Source of the DNA: an uncultured Clostridia bacterium
GTDB lineage: Bacteria; Bacillota; DTU025; MWDF01
NCBI GenBank assembly: GCA_964545975.1
Contig: CAZJHY010000001.1
Coordinates: forward strand, 24,094-88,093
Direction: 5' to 3'
DNA length: 64,000 bases
Positions 38,568 to 48,517 of this stretch are shown here, one piece after another. Position numbers and translations under genes: made by a program. Under the pieces are notes generated by a model. That model was given only the letters and a program-made list of their open reading frames with translations, ran no database searches and was not told the origin of the DNA. Position 1 is the first letter of the stretch. Every line of letters begins with the position of its first letter.

Positions 38568-39245
38568 ATGAAGCTTTTGAGAGCGTCTAAGATCCTACTT
38601 GTGATGATAATACTAGTTATGCTTTCCGGGTGTTTAAATGCCAGCTACTATTTCAATTTTGCAGATGAGCAGTCTGTTTCGAATGCCGAGGGCGAATGGT
38701 TGCTGCAGGGGGAGGGCCTCACCGGGTTCAATGCTTTCGGGATTTATGTAAACGGAGTGTGTCTAACATCCCCTTTGAAATTCGCAGGAGACTTCTCGGT
38801 AACAGCCAACTTCTGGCTTGGAGTTACTGCCGAGTATCCGGGTTATGTTGGGGTCGTGCTCTCTGATTTGCCCTTCGAGGGATTACCCGGAAATTGGTTG
38901 GACATCGAATTCTTAGACTTAGCCACAGATAACGAGACGCTCAGGATAACAGACAGCGACGGTACTGAGTTATTCACCCATGCGGATGCATTAGGCGAGA
39001 TAAAGGCATTGAACAAAGGTCATTGGAACAAGCTGGAGGTCAGTAAGAAAGGCAATAGGATCACCCTGAGCGTGAACTCGAGAAGGCTTTCTGCGTTCGA
39101 CATTGTTTATTGCTCGGCTGACTACCTGTACTTAAATATCGTATCTGAGTCAAGTTCCGTAGAGGATCCAACCGACCCATCGCTTGGCTTCATACTAAAA
39201 GATGTGAAGGTCGATTACATGGAAGGACAGGCCGCAACTTTGTAA
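38568..39245 (+). CDS. hypothetical lipoprotein
   Basis: signal peptide with lipobox LSGC; no recognisable domain. Confidence 0.55.
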   Translation: MKLLRASKILLVMIILVMLSGCLNASYYFNFADEQSVSNAEGEWLLQGEGLTGFNAFGIYVNGVCLTSPLKFAGDFSVTANFWLGVTAEYPGYVGVVLSDLPFEGLPGNWLDIEFLDLATDNETLRITDSDGTELFTHADALGEIKALNKGHWNKLEVSKKGNRITLSVNSRRLSAFDIVYCSADYLYLNIVSESSSVEDPTDPSLGFILKDVKVDYMEGQAATL

Positions 39246-39279
39246 GAGCCCCGTTCAAGATACTGAGAACGAAAGCTTA

Positions 39280-39311
39280 CCGGCCCTCCTAAGCAGGGCC
39301 GGTTTCTTGTT
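39280..39311 (+). terminator. rho-independent terminator
   Basis: CCGGCCCT CCTAAGC AGGGCCGG followed by TTTCTTGTT. Confidence 0.75.
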
Positions 39312-39590
39312 AAGATCGCACAAGATTTTCCCTTGGTAGGACCAAGGCGGGAAGCTTTCTGCGATCAAGCAGTCAAATGATTGTTGTAATCGCCAGCGCG
39401 CGGCCTTCAGGCTATTTAAGTGCAGATATATGAAGTTGACTGAAATGAGTCTGGAATAATTGTTTGCTGATATGAGTATGTGAAATAAATATTTATGTTT
39501 GAGAAGCGCGAAATATGGTGTAGGATTTAGTTGGTTGTCATACCATCATACAAAGCAAGCCTAAATGCTAATGAAGGTTATGGTGGAACG

Positions 39591-40286
39591 ATGAGGATAC
39601 AGCCAATAGAACGTAGTACCCTGCCGGATGCCATTATCGAGCGGATTAAAGGAATGATCATCGACGGGAATCTCAAACCCGGCGACAAGCTCCCTCCCGA
39701 AAGGGATCTGGCTGCCAGCATGCAAGTAGGGAGAGCCACTGTAAGGGAGGCTCTAAAGGCGTTATCTTCAATCGGTCTCCTGCAAAGAAGCACCGAAGGG
39801 ACATATATAAAAGAGAAGATCGAGTACTTCCAGCAACCTCTTACATACAGCCTAATAATGGACCACATAACGCTCAAGGAGCTAATCGAGGCTAGAAGGA
39901 TACTTGAAGTCAAGATTTCTGAATTGGCAGCATTAAGGGCTACTGACGAAGAAATCGCTGGCATAGAAGATGCTGTTATGATACAGAAGATGCACCCGAG
40001 AGATACAGATTACCTCTTCTATGAGGCCGACTTGAAGTTTCATCTGACATTAGCAGCTGCTGCAAAGAATAGGGTTCTCAGCGAGACCATTGTCTGTACA
40101 AGGCATTTGTTGTTTAAGGCGCAGCAGGCAGTGGGTAAACTCCCGGGAATGACAGATAAAGCCCTAGTTAGTCATTCAGCCCTCTTGGAAGCAATCAAGA
40201 GCAAAGATGCCGAGAAGGCCAGAAGCGTAATGGAAGATCATATAGATGACGTGGAAGAAGGCTTCAGGAAGCTCAACTTGATTTAG
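39591..40286 (+). CDS. GntR family transcriptional regulator (FadR/FCD subfamily)
   Basis: N-terminal wHTH (ERDLAASMQVGRATVREALKAL) plus C-terminal all-helical FCD-like domain. Confidence 0.8.
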   Translation: MRIQPIERSTLPDAIIERIKGMIIDGNLKPGDKLPPERDLAASMQVGRATVREALKALSSIGLLQRSTEGTYIKEKIEYFQQPLTYSLIMDHITLKELIEARRILEVKISELAALRATDEEIAGIEDAVMIQKMHPRDTDYLFYEADLKFHLTLAAAAKNRVLSETIVCTRHLLFKAQQAVGKLPGMTDKALVSHSALLEAIKSKDAEKARSVMEDHIDDVEEGFRKLNLI

Positions 40287-40482
40287 TTGGCGATTGGCCT
40301 TCTTTTCTATTTGGGTTCATCATTGGTAGGACAATGCGACCATTGGCAATCGCTACAAAAAAGCCATGACTGATGCTGAAGCATAATGAAAATGCTAAGA
40401 CTATTGCGAGTAGCGAGATACCATTAATAGCAATAGATAGGGGCAAGAACCGAACATTCCATCTTGTTAGGAGGAATATCAG

Positions 40483-41451
40483 ATGAGTGGGATCAAGAAA
40501 GTGCTCGTTACAGACTACGTATTCCCCAACTTAGATCCGGAGAAGGCGATCATTGGAGCTGCTGGCGGAGAAGTCATATTCGCCGGAAAAGACGCCGATG
40601 ATGCCAAGATCTTGGAGCTTGCCAAGGACGCGGATGCAATCCTCAACTGCTACAAGAAGATACCTGCCGAGCTTTACTCAACTGCAAGTAAGTGCAAGCT
40701 CATCGTAAGATACGGCATCGGCACAGACACCATAGACATCCCAGAGGCCACGAAGCACCATATTGCGGTGAGCAATATGCCCGACTATTGCATAGACGAG
40801 GTTTCAGACCACGCTTTGACACTCATACTAAGCAGCATAAGGAAGATCACCACTGCCAACAAGCTTATCAAGAGCGGAACTTGGAGCCTCGGTCCTTTGA
40901 AGCCGATAAGAAGACTTAAGACCCTCACGCTTGGTTTGCACGGCTTCGGCCGCATCCCGAGGATGGTAGCTGAGAAGGCGAAGTCATTCGGGTTTAAGAT
41001 CATCGCCTGCGATCCGTACATTAGCAAGGAGTTGGCCGATAAGATGGGAGTCCAGACGGTAAGCTTCGATGAGCTTTGCGCAATGTCGGACGTCATATCG
41101 ATACATGCCCCCCTTACGAAGGAGACCAGCGAGATATTCAACGGAGAAGCTTTTGCAAAGATGAAAGACGGTGTAGTGATAGTTAACACAGCAAGAGGCG
41201 GGCTTATAAAAGAAGCCGACCTGGTTGAGGCACTTAAGTCTGGCAAAGTCGGGGCTGCTGGCTTAGACGTAACCAATCCCGAGCCACCGGCAAAGAACAA
41301 TCCGCTATTCGACTTCGATAATGTGACCTTCACACCGCATGAGGCATGGTATAGCGAGGAAGCGTTGGTAGAGCTACAGAACAAGGCAGCTGGCGAAATT
41401 GCCCGCTCACTTAAGGGAGAACCTCTCAAGTACCAACTCAATAAGCTCTAG
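40483..41451 (+). CDS. D-isomer-specific 2-hydroxyacid dehydrogenase (PGDH/CtBP-like)
   Basis: NAD-binding GLHGFGRIPRM, catalytic R...E...H triad region (TPHEAW). Confidence 0.8.
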   Translation: MSGIKKVLVTDYVFPNLDPEKAIIGAAGGEVIFAGKDADDAKILELAKDADAILNCYKKIPAELYSTASKCKLIVRYGIGTDTIDIPEATKHHIAVSNMPDYCIDEVSDHALTLILSSIRKITTANKLIKSGTWSLGPLKPIRRLKTLTLGLHGFGRIPRMVAEKAKSFGFKIIACDPYISKELADKMGVQTVSFDELCAMSDVISIHAPLTKETSEIFNGEAFAKMKDGVVIVNTARGGLIKEADLVEALKSGKVGAAGLDVTNPEPPAKNNPLFDFDNVTFTPHEAWYSEEALVELQNKAAGEIARSLKGEPLKYQLNKL

Positions 41452-41462
41452 GAAGGGTGCAG

Positions 41463-42677
41463 ATGTATAAGACTGCCTGGAGAATTGCGCCTAGGGAGTA
41501 TCCCGGGGTGCCCAATATTAGAGAGGCCGTCAAAGAAGCTCTAAGGAAGCCTTTGGGGATTGGCCTTGCTGAACTGGTCAAGCCTGGCAACAAAGTAGCG
41601 ATTGCCGTGGATGATCTTACCAGGCCTACACCACAGGCGGAGCTTCTACCCGTCATCCTAGATGAGCTGGCAATGCTGGGCATCGACGAAAAGGACATAA
41701 CAATTATCATCGGGCTCGGTGCGCACAGGCGCATGAGCAAGGCAGAGATCGAGACCCGTTTCGGGGCTGCAGCGCAGAGGGTAGGCGCAATAATCAACCA
41801 CGATGTGGAAGACTGTATAGCGATAGGAAGGACCTCAACGGGTGGCGATATTGCCGTTAATAGGATTTTCTGTGAGGCTGATGCCAAAATTGCGGTTGGT
41901 TGCATTCTGCCCCACATATATGCGGGGTGGAGCGGCGGCGCAAAAATGATTCAACCTGGAATATCCAGCGTGAAGACCACAACGCACGTACACAGAATTG
42001 CCAATTTGCACCTTTACGAGATACTCGGCAATACCGAGAACCTCGTGAGAATTGAAATGGAACAGATAGCAGCACTTGCTGGTCTGAAATTCATTATCAA
42101 TGTCGTGCTCAATGACAAAAACGAAGTTATCGCCGTCGTCGCTGGGGACACAGTGGAGGCTCACAGGAAGGGCGTCGGCAAAGCCGAGAAGGTTTACGGT
42201 TGGAACGGCTTGAAACCCGTGGACGTAGCGGTAGCGTACGCACCTGGTGTAGCAACAGACCTCTGGCAAAGCGCAAAGAGCCTTACGGTCGGTGCGATGG
42301 CAATCAAGCAGGGTGGAACTGTGGTGCTAGTCGCAGCCTGCCCCGAGGGGATTGCGCCTGGGCACCCGATAATAAAGGAATTGGGAACAGCCTCTTTCGA
42401 AGAGGTGCTGTACAAGGTAGATAATGGGCTCTTGGAAGATACGGTAGGGGCGTTGGTCCATATGACCATAGCCAAATGCCGGGAAAAAGGCAGGGTGATA
42501 CTAGTGTCATCCGGCATATCAAAACAAGAGGCAACCTGTCTGGGAATGGAGTCAGCAGCCGATGTGGAAGAGGCATTGAGAATGGCCGTCAGCCGTTACA
42601 ATGTTGCGCCTGAGGTCGGCTTCATAGAGTGCGCTGGCGAGTTGTCTATTTCAATTAAGGAGGAATACTGCAAATGA
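41463..42677 (+). CDS. LarA-like (lactate racemase family, DUF2088) 2-hydroxyacid racemase/epimerase
   Basis: N-terminal DUF2088-like organisation, GLGAHRRM His motif, WSGGAKM lysine region, HVH; ~400 aa. Confidence 0.65.
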   Translation: MYKTAWRIAPREYPGVPNIREAVKEALRKPLGIGLAELVKPGNKVAIAVDDLTRPTPQAELLPVILDELAMLGIDEKDITIIIGLGAHRRMSKAEIETRFGAAAQRVGAIINHDVEDCIAIGRTSTGGDIAVNRIFCEADAKIAVGCILPHIYAGWSGGAKMIQPGISSVKTTTHVHRIANLHLYEILGNTENLVRIEMEQIAALAGLKFIINVVLNDKNEVIAVVAGDTVEAHRKGVGKAEKVYGWNGLKPVDVAVAYAPGVATDLWQSAKSLTVGAMAIKQGGTVVLVAACPEGIAPGHPIIKELGTASFEEVLYKVDNGLLEDTVGALVHMTIAKCREKGRVILVSSGISKQEATCLGMESAADVEEALRMAVSRYNVAPEVGFIECAGELSISIKEEYCK

Positions 42678-43924
42678 GCGAATGGAAAAAGGAAGAGCTA
42701 AACGGCAAACCTTGGTTCGACAATGAGAAATTCTGGGGATCCCCGCATAACTACTCGCCCAGTATCACGAAGCTTCTACCTAAGAGCGTCTATATCCATG
42801 ACGTGACTCTCCGGGACGGCGAGCAGACCCCGGGAGTGGCATTCAAAGCTGACGAAAGAATAGTTATCGCCGAAGCCCTTAACGAATTGGGAGTGGCGAG
42901 AATCGAAGCCGGGATGCCCATAGTCTCCAAGGATATCGCCAACGGCATAAAGAAGCTCGTCAATATGAACCTCAAGTCGCAGGTAGTCGCCTTCGCCAGA
43001 GCACATAAGGACGACATCAATGCCTCTCTCGACTGTGGTGTTAAGGCAATCGTAGTAGAGCATACAGTAAACCCGTACCTTTGCAGATGGGGCTATGACC
43101 TCACAGAGGACAAGGTAATCGAGAGGCTCATCACCAGCGTCAGGATGGCTAAGGACAATGGTCTGCATACAACGTTCATGGGTTGGGACTTCTTCAGAGC
43201 CCCGCTCGATTTCTCCAAGAAGATCTACACAGAAGTAGTCAAGAACGCACATCCCGACGCCCTTACATTAGTAGACACCCTCGGCGTTGCCACACCGGCA
43301 GCAGTCCAGGAGACCTTCGTCGAGTTCAGGAAGATGTTCCCCGATATGGTGCTTGAGTTCCACGTGCATAACGACTATGGTATGGCAGTAGGCGCAGTCC
43401 TCGCAGCAGTGATTGGCGGCGCAAACGGCATCCACACCGCAATGAACGGCATAGGCGAGAGGACCGGCAACGTTGCGACAGAGGAAGTCTGTATGGCCCT
43501 TGAAATGCTCTGGGGCATAAAGACCGGCGTAGACACCACCAAGTTCATGTATGTCAGCAAGATAGTGGAGGAGATCTCCAAGTTCAAGCTCGCCAAGAAC
43601 AAGCCCATAGTCGGCGAACACCTCTTCGATATCGAATCCGGCGTTGTTACCCATATCGTCAACGAGATGAATAAGCAGGGCTTCAAGCCTGTTATGACAC
43701 CGTTCACACCCGAAATGGTTAATCAGAAGCCCGTCCGTTTCGTCCTTGGCAAGGGATCAGGAAAGGTCACCATTCTACAGCATTTGGACAAGCTTGGTAT
43801 CAAGTGCACTGATGAGCAGGCAGACGAGATAACCGAAGAAGTCAAGGCCTACGGAAGAGTCATGAAGGCTCTACTCAGCGATGACGACCTCGTAAGAATA
43901 ACTAAGCGCATCCTGGCAAAGTAA
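42674..43924 (+). CDS. HMGL-like (pyruvate carboxyltransferase/DRE-TIM) family aldolase/synthase
   Basis: DVTLRDGEQ, FHVHNDYGMA, LVDTLG motifs. Confidence 0.75.
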   Translation: MSEWKKEELNGKPWFDNEKFWGSPHNYSPSITKLLPKSVYIHDVTLRDGEQTPGVAFKADERIVIAEALNELGVARIEAGMPIVSKDIANGIKKLVNMNLKSQVVAFARAHKDDINASLDCGVKAIVVEHTVNPYLCRWGYDLTEDKVIERLITSVRMAKDNGLHTTFMGWDFFRAPLDFSKKIYTEVVKNAHPDALTLVDTLGVATPAAVQETFVEFRKMFPDMVLEFHVHNDYGMAVGAVLAAVIGGANGIHTAMNGIGERTGNVATEEVCMALEMLWGIKTGVDTTKFMYVSKIVEEISKFKLAKNKPIVGEHLFDIESGVVTHIVNEMNKQGFKPVMTPFTPEMVNQKPVRFVLGKGSGKVTILQHLDKLGIKCTDEQADEITEEVKAYGRVMKALLSDDDLVRITKRILAK

Positions 43925-43959
43925 GGGTCCAGCTAAAAAAGAAAGGAGTCTAAAAAAGA

Positions 43960-45099
43960 ATGAAGCTGAACAGAATTCTAGTTGCATTCTCAATCCTGGC
44001 GCTAATGATGGTAGCGACAGTAGGAGCAGCAGCTCCGAAGACTTACAAAATCGCCCATCTATCGCCACTGACCGGCTCCGCATCATCCTACGGCTACTAC
44101 ATGGTAAACGCCGCCAAGATGGCCGTTGAGGAAATCAACGCCAAAGGTGGAGTCAACGGAGTAATGCTGGAGTACATGGAAATCGATGAGACTTCCAACT
44201 CGGCTCAAGCCATTGACGCAGCTTACAAGGCAGTCGCATGGGATCCGCTAGTAATACTAGGCCCCAACCGCTCCGGCGGTGTACTTGCCGCAGAGTTCGT
44301 ATGGAAAGAGGCCAAGATCCCCACAATAACCGACGGAACGAGCGCTGAGACAACTAGGAAGGGCAACCCCTATACTTTCAGGATGCAGATCTCCTCTGAG
44401 TATTGGATCCCGTTGCTCGTCCGTACGGCCGTTGAAGTATACAAGTCGAAGAAGATTGCCGTCATGTACGGCCTCAATGACTATTCCAAGGCCAACTGGG
44501 TTGCCACTGAACCCGCGATGAAGAAGTACGGCATCACCCCAGTAACGGTTCAGACGTTCAACGACGGCGACCAGGACTTCACAGCCCAGCTGCTGAAGGT
44601 AAAGGCCTCCGGCGCCGATGCTCTGTTCGTATACTCCTACACGCCTGAAATCGGCATGATCCTCAAGCAGAGGGCCGAGCTTGGTATGCCTAACCTGCTC
44701 GTATTCAGCGAGCGCGCGGCAAGCGTCCCCTCAGTTGAGGACCTCGCTGGCACCAAGAACTATGAGGGTCTCGTCTGCACAACCACCCTGTCCCCCGGAG
44801 ACCCAAGGCCAGGCGTGCAGAAGTTCATTAAGGACTACGAAGCCAAGTATAAGCACATCGTATCCTCGACGCATATCAATCACTACGACTCCGTATACAT
44901 CGTAGCTGACATTATCAAGAGGGTCGGTCCCGACCGTGAGAAGATCAGGCAGGAACTCGCCAAGCTGGATTACGTAGGCGTACTAGGCCACTATGTAGCC
45001 GATAAGGAAGGCAACTTCGTACACACCATGTACACCCAGGTCCGCGAGAACGGCAAGTGGAAGCTGCTCTTGACGGAGGAGTATCCGGTAGTAAGGTAG
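43960..45099 (+). CDS. ABC transporter substrate-binding protein, LivJ/LivK family
   Basis: signal peptide; type I PBP. Confidence 0.8.
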   Translation: MKLNRILVAFSILALMMVATVGAAAPKTYKIAHLSPLTGSASSYGYYMVNAAKMAVEEINAKGGVNGVMLEYMEIDETSNSAQAIDAAYKAVAWDPLVILGPNRSGGVLAAEFVWKEAKIPTITDGTSAETTRKGNPYTFRMQISSEYWIPLLVRTAVEVYKSKKIAVMYGLNDYSKANWVATEPAMKKYGITPVTVQTFNDGDQDFTAQLLKVKASGADALFVYSYTPEIGMILKQRAELGMPNLLVFSERAASVPSVEDLAGTKNYEGLVCTTTLSPGDPRPGVQKFIKDYEAKYKHIVSSTHINHYDSVYIVADIIKRVGPDREKIRQELAKLDYVGVLGHYVADKEGNFVHTMYTQVRENGKWKLLLTEEYPVVR

Positions 45100-45113
45100 T
45101 CTAGTAACAGTCG

Positions 45114-45137
45114 CCCGGCGCGGGTAACCGCGCCGGG
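45114..45137 (+). other. GC-rich intercistronic hairpin after SBP gene
   Basis: CCCGGCGCGG GTAA CCGCGCCGGG 10-bp stem. Confidence 0.55.
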
Positions 45138-45169
45138 TAACCTTGCTTATCGTAAGGAGGCTTAAGCCC

Positions 45170-46057
45170 TTGAACCTCACAACTTTGATTCAATTGGTTA
45201 TCAACGGACTGGCCATGGGCCTTCTCTATGCGCTTCCCGCGCTGGGCATCTCCCTTATCTGGAACGCCTCCGGGCTTTTCAACTTCGCTCAAGGGGACCT
45301 GCTTACATTTGGGGCATACATCATGCTATCGCTCTTCAGCAAAGTGGGCCTGCCTTACGTGCTGTCCTTCCTGCTCACATTTCTGCTTTTGGGTTCGATA
45401 GGCTACATACTCAGCTCAATCTACTTCTACCCGATGTTCCGGGCTAGGATAAACCCCCAGATCATACTAATAGGCACGGTCGCCCTTTCTGTATTCATAA
45501 GGAATGCGATCCTTCTAATCTGGGGCCCCCATGCTCAGTCCTACCAGAACCCGTTCGGCTCGTCCGCCATCCAGTTTGGCGAGGTATATGTCATGCCGCA
45601 CATTTTCGGCATATTCATAATAGTCACCCTGCTGTTGGGCGCTTTACAGCTGTTCCTCAGGGGCACGATCACAGGCATCGGCATGAGGGCGGTCGCCCAA
45701 AGGCCCGTAGCCTCGTCTCTGATGGGAATAAAGAACAACAGGATGGTGGCCCTCACATTCTTCATGTCGACAGGCATAGCTGCTGTGTCAGGCATATTGA
45801 TCGCCCCAATACTTCCTCTGACGCCTGAAACCGGCGGCATGATAGCCATCAAGGCCTTCGCTGCGGTACTTATCGGAGGCCTGGGAAGCTTCTCAGGAGC
45901 GCTCGTAGGAGGCATAGCCGTCGGCATAACCGAGATGGTTTTTGCCACCTTGCTGGCTCCGACCTACAAGGACGTCTTCATATTCATAGTCCTTGCGATA
46001 TTCCTGGTATTAAGGCCCGGCGGCATATTCAGGGCCCAGATATCAGAGAAAGTGTAG
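45170..46057 (+). CDS. ABC transporter permease, LivH family
   Basis: TTG start after AGGAGG; LivH-like N-terminus LVINGLAMGLLYAL. Confidence 0.75.
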   Translation: MNLTTLIQLVINGLAMGLLYALPALGISLIWNASGLFNFAQGDLLTFGAYIMLSLFSKVGLPYVLSFLLTFLLLGSIGYILSSIYFYPMFRARINPQIILIGTVALSVFIRNAILLIWGPHAQSYQNPFGSSAIQFGEVYVMPHIFGIFIIVTLLLGALQLFLRGTITGIGMRAVAQRPVASSLMGIKNNRMVALTFFMSTGIAAVSGILIAPILPLTPETGGMIAIKAFAAVLIGGLGSFSGALVGGIAVGITEMVFATLLAPTYKDVFIFIVLAIFLVLRPGGIFRAQISEKV

Positions 46058-46067
46058 GAGGGGTCAC

Positions 46068-47021
46068 ATGCGTGCAGTGTTAAAGTTTTTGAAGGACAAA
46101 GCATTCTTCGCCCTGGCGCTGTTCCTTGTGATCGCACCTTATGTGATGCAGCGCTACCAGTTCTACATCCTGCAGCGCGGGGTGCAGAACTCGATACATG
46201 TGCTGGGCTTGGTCATACTAGTAGGCTTCACGGGCCTTCTGTCATTGGGTCATGCGGGCTTCGTGGCGCTGGGGGCCTACGCCTACGGGATTGCAATGGT
46301 GAAGCTGGGGCTTCCTGTATGGGCGGCGCTCATTATAGCGCCCCTATTCTCTATGCTCATCAGCATGTTGCTGGCATATCCTTCCTTCAAGCTATCGGGC
46401 CCGTTCCTAGTGGTTATCACGATAGCCTTCGGCGAGATAGTGAGGATATTGATACTTAACCTGCAGGGCATCACAGGAGGTCCTTACGGACTGACGGGGT
46501 ACAAAGTGCTCTTCACAAACTCCAAGGTGCTCTACTACGTCATGCTCGGAACATTGTTCCTGCTTGCCCTGTTTGTTCGGAGGCTCGGCAACTCCAGAAT
46601 CGGACTTGCTTTCAAGGCAATCAAGGAGGACGAGGTCGCAGCAGACGTCATGGGCGTAAACGTCAGGAAGCACAAGCTCATGGCATTCATGCTAAGCTCG
46701 GCGCTGGCCGGCCTTTCAGGCGTGTTCCTTGCGAGCCTTACAAGGTACATCAACCCAGACTCGTTCACGTTCGCGGAGAGCTCGACCTACCTTCTGATGG
46801 TGGTCATGGGCGGTATGCAGAATGTGTTCGGCGCGATAACCTCGACCATAGTCATCACAGCGCTCCCTGAGGTGTTGAGGTTCCTTGCGCGCAGCAGGCT
46901 GCTTATATACTCACTAACGCTTCTGGTATATCTCAGGATGTACGGCAACAAGGGCGGCCTACTGCAGATGTTCGGCATTAAGCCCAAGAAGGCGAATATA
47001 AATACAGGTTCGAGGAGCTGA
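46068..47021 (+). CDS. ABC transporter permease, LivM family
   Basis: multi-TM. Confidence 0.75.
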   Translation: MRAVLKFLKDKAFFALALFLVIAPYVMQRYQFYILQRGVQNSIHVLGLVILVGFTGLLSLGHAGFVALGAYAYGIAMVKLGLPVWAALIIAPLFSMLISMLLAYPSFKLSGPFLVVITIAFGEIVRILILNLQGITGGPYGLTGYKVLFTNSKVLYYVMLGTLFLLALFVRRLGNSRIGLAFKAIKEDEVAADVMGVNVRKHKLMAFMLSSALAGLSGVFLASLTRYINPDSFTFAESSTYLLMVVMGGMQNVFGAITSTIVITALPEVLRFLARSRLLIYSLTLLVYLRMYGNKGGLLQMFGIKPKKANINTGSRS

Positions 47022-47025
47022 GACT

Positions 47026-47808
47026 ATGGAACTACTAAGGACTGAGGGCATAGTCAGGAAGTTCGGCGGCCTTGTGGCTGTCAGCGAACTTTGCGTGAAC
47101 GTCAACGAGGGCGAGATAGTGGCACTTATCGGTCCCAACGGTTCAGGAAAGACCACAGCCCTGAACCTCATCACGGGCATCTACTCATGCGATGAGGGAA
47201 AGATACTGCTGAAGGGCCAGGAGATCCAGAGCGCGGCCCCCTTCTCGATAACGCAGAAGGGAATAGCCAGGACCTTCCAGAACATAAGGATACTCGAGTC
47301 CCTCTCCGTTTTCGACAACGCGAGGCTTGGAACCATATTCTCCACGAAGTCCAACCTGCTGGACATCGCCCTTGAGACGCCAAGGTTCAGAAGGGAGAAG
47401 AAGGCGGTGACAGAGGAGGTCAACAAGGTCCTGGATTTCGTGGGACTTCTGGACCAGGCGAATGAGATTGCCGCCAACTTGCCTTACGGCAAGAAGAGGG
47501 CGCTTGAGATCGCAAGGGCGCTTGTAACGAAGCCCAACCTGCTTCTTCTGGACGAGCCCGCGGCTGGTCTGAATACGCAGGAAGTCTACAACCTAATGGA
47601 GCTCATTAAGAAGATAAGAGGCCTTGGCATCACCATATTCCTGGTAGAGCATAGGATGGAGCTAGTCGGCGGCCTCGCTGACAGGGTCTACGTGCTCAAC
47701 TACGGCAAAAAGATCTGCGAGGGCCCGTTCTGCGACATCAAAGAGGACACCTCCGTCATCGAGGCGTATCTCGGCAAGAGGAGGCAGGTCGATGCTAAAG
47801 GTAGATAA
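47026..47808 (+). CDS. ABC transporter ATP-binding protein, LivG family
   Basis: GPNGSGKTT, LLLDEPAAGL. Confidence 0.85.
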   Translation: MELLRTEGIVRKFGGLVAVSELCVNVNEGEIVALIGPNGSGKTTALNLITGIYSCDEGKILLKGQEIQSAAPFSITQKGIARTFQNIRILESLSVFDNARLGTIFSTKSNLLDIALETPRFRREKKAVTEEVNKVLDFVGLLDQANEIAANLPYGKKRALEIARALVTKPNLLLLDEPAAGLNTQEVYNLMELIKKIRGLGITIFLVEHRMELVGGLADRVYVLNYGKKICEGPFCDIKEDTSVIEAYLGKRRQVDAKGR

Positions 47809-48517
47809 GGTCGTAGTCGCCTACGGCGTAGCCCCGGTAATCCATGAAGTCTCGCTTACCGTCCCCGACGGCAAGATCGTAACGCTCCTCGGTGCCAACG
47901 GCGCCGGCAAGTCTACGATACTGAAGACCATATCCGGCCTCTTGAAGCCCATAAGCGGAGAGGTAACATTCGACGGAGCGGTAATATCAAAGGAGCCGCC
48001 CGAAGCGATAGTAAAAAGAGGTATAGCTCACGTTCCGGAGGGAAGGCTCGTGTTCCCCGGGCTCACTGTGCTTGAGAACCTGAAGATGGGATCCTACGTG
48101 ATAAGGCACAAGCGGAAGAACCTCAAAGAGAACTTAGAAAAGGTGTATGAGCTGTTCCCCAGGCTACTTGAGAGGAAGAACCAGACCGCCGGTACGCTAT
48201 CAGGCGGAGAGCAGCAGATGCTCGCCATCGGCAGGGGCCTCATGAGCGAGCCTAAGCTTCTTATGCTTGACGAGCCGTCGCTGGGGCTTGCTCCCGTAAT
48301 CATCGACAGCATCATCGACAAGATAATCGAGATCAACAAGCAGGGGATGACCATCCTCCTGATAGAGCAGAACGCGCATCTGGCCCTTGAAGTCTGCGAC
48401 TATGGTTACTTGCTTTCTGTCGGCAACATAATGATGCACGGCGAGAAGCAGAAGCTGGTGAGCGAAGAGGGCATGATTAATGCCTATCTGGGCGGAGGCA
48501 AGCAGGAGGCCGTCTGA
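47792..48517 (+). CDS. ABC transporter ATP-binding protein, LivF family
   Basis: GANGAGKST, LSGGEQQML, LMLDEPS. Confidence 0.85.
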   Translation: MLKVDKVVVAYGVAPVIHEVSLTVPDGKIVTLLGANGAGKSTILKTISGLLKPISGEVTFDGAVISKEPPEAIVKRGIAHVPEGRLVFPGLTVLENLKMGSYVIRHKRKNLKENLEKVYELFPRLLERKNQTAGTLSGGEQQMLAIGRGLMSEPKLLMLDEPSLGLAPVIIDSIIDKIIEINKQGMTILLIEQNAHLALEVCDYGYLLSVGNIMMHGEKQKLVSEEGMINAYLGGGKQEAV

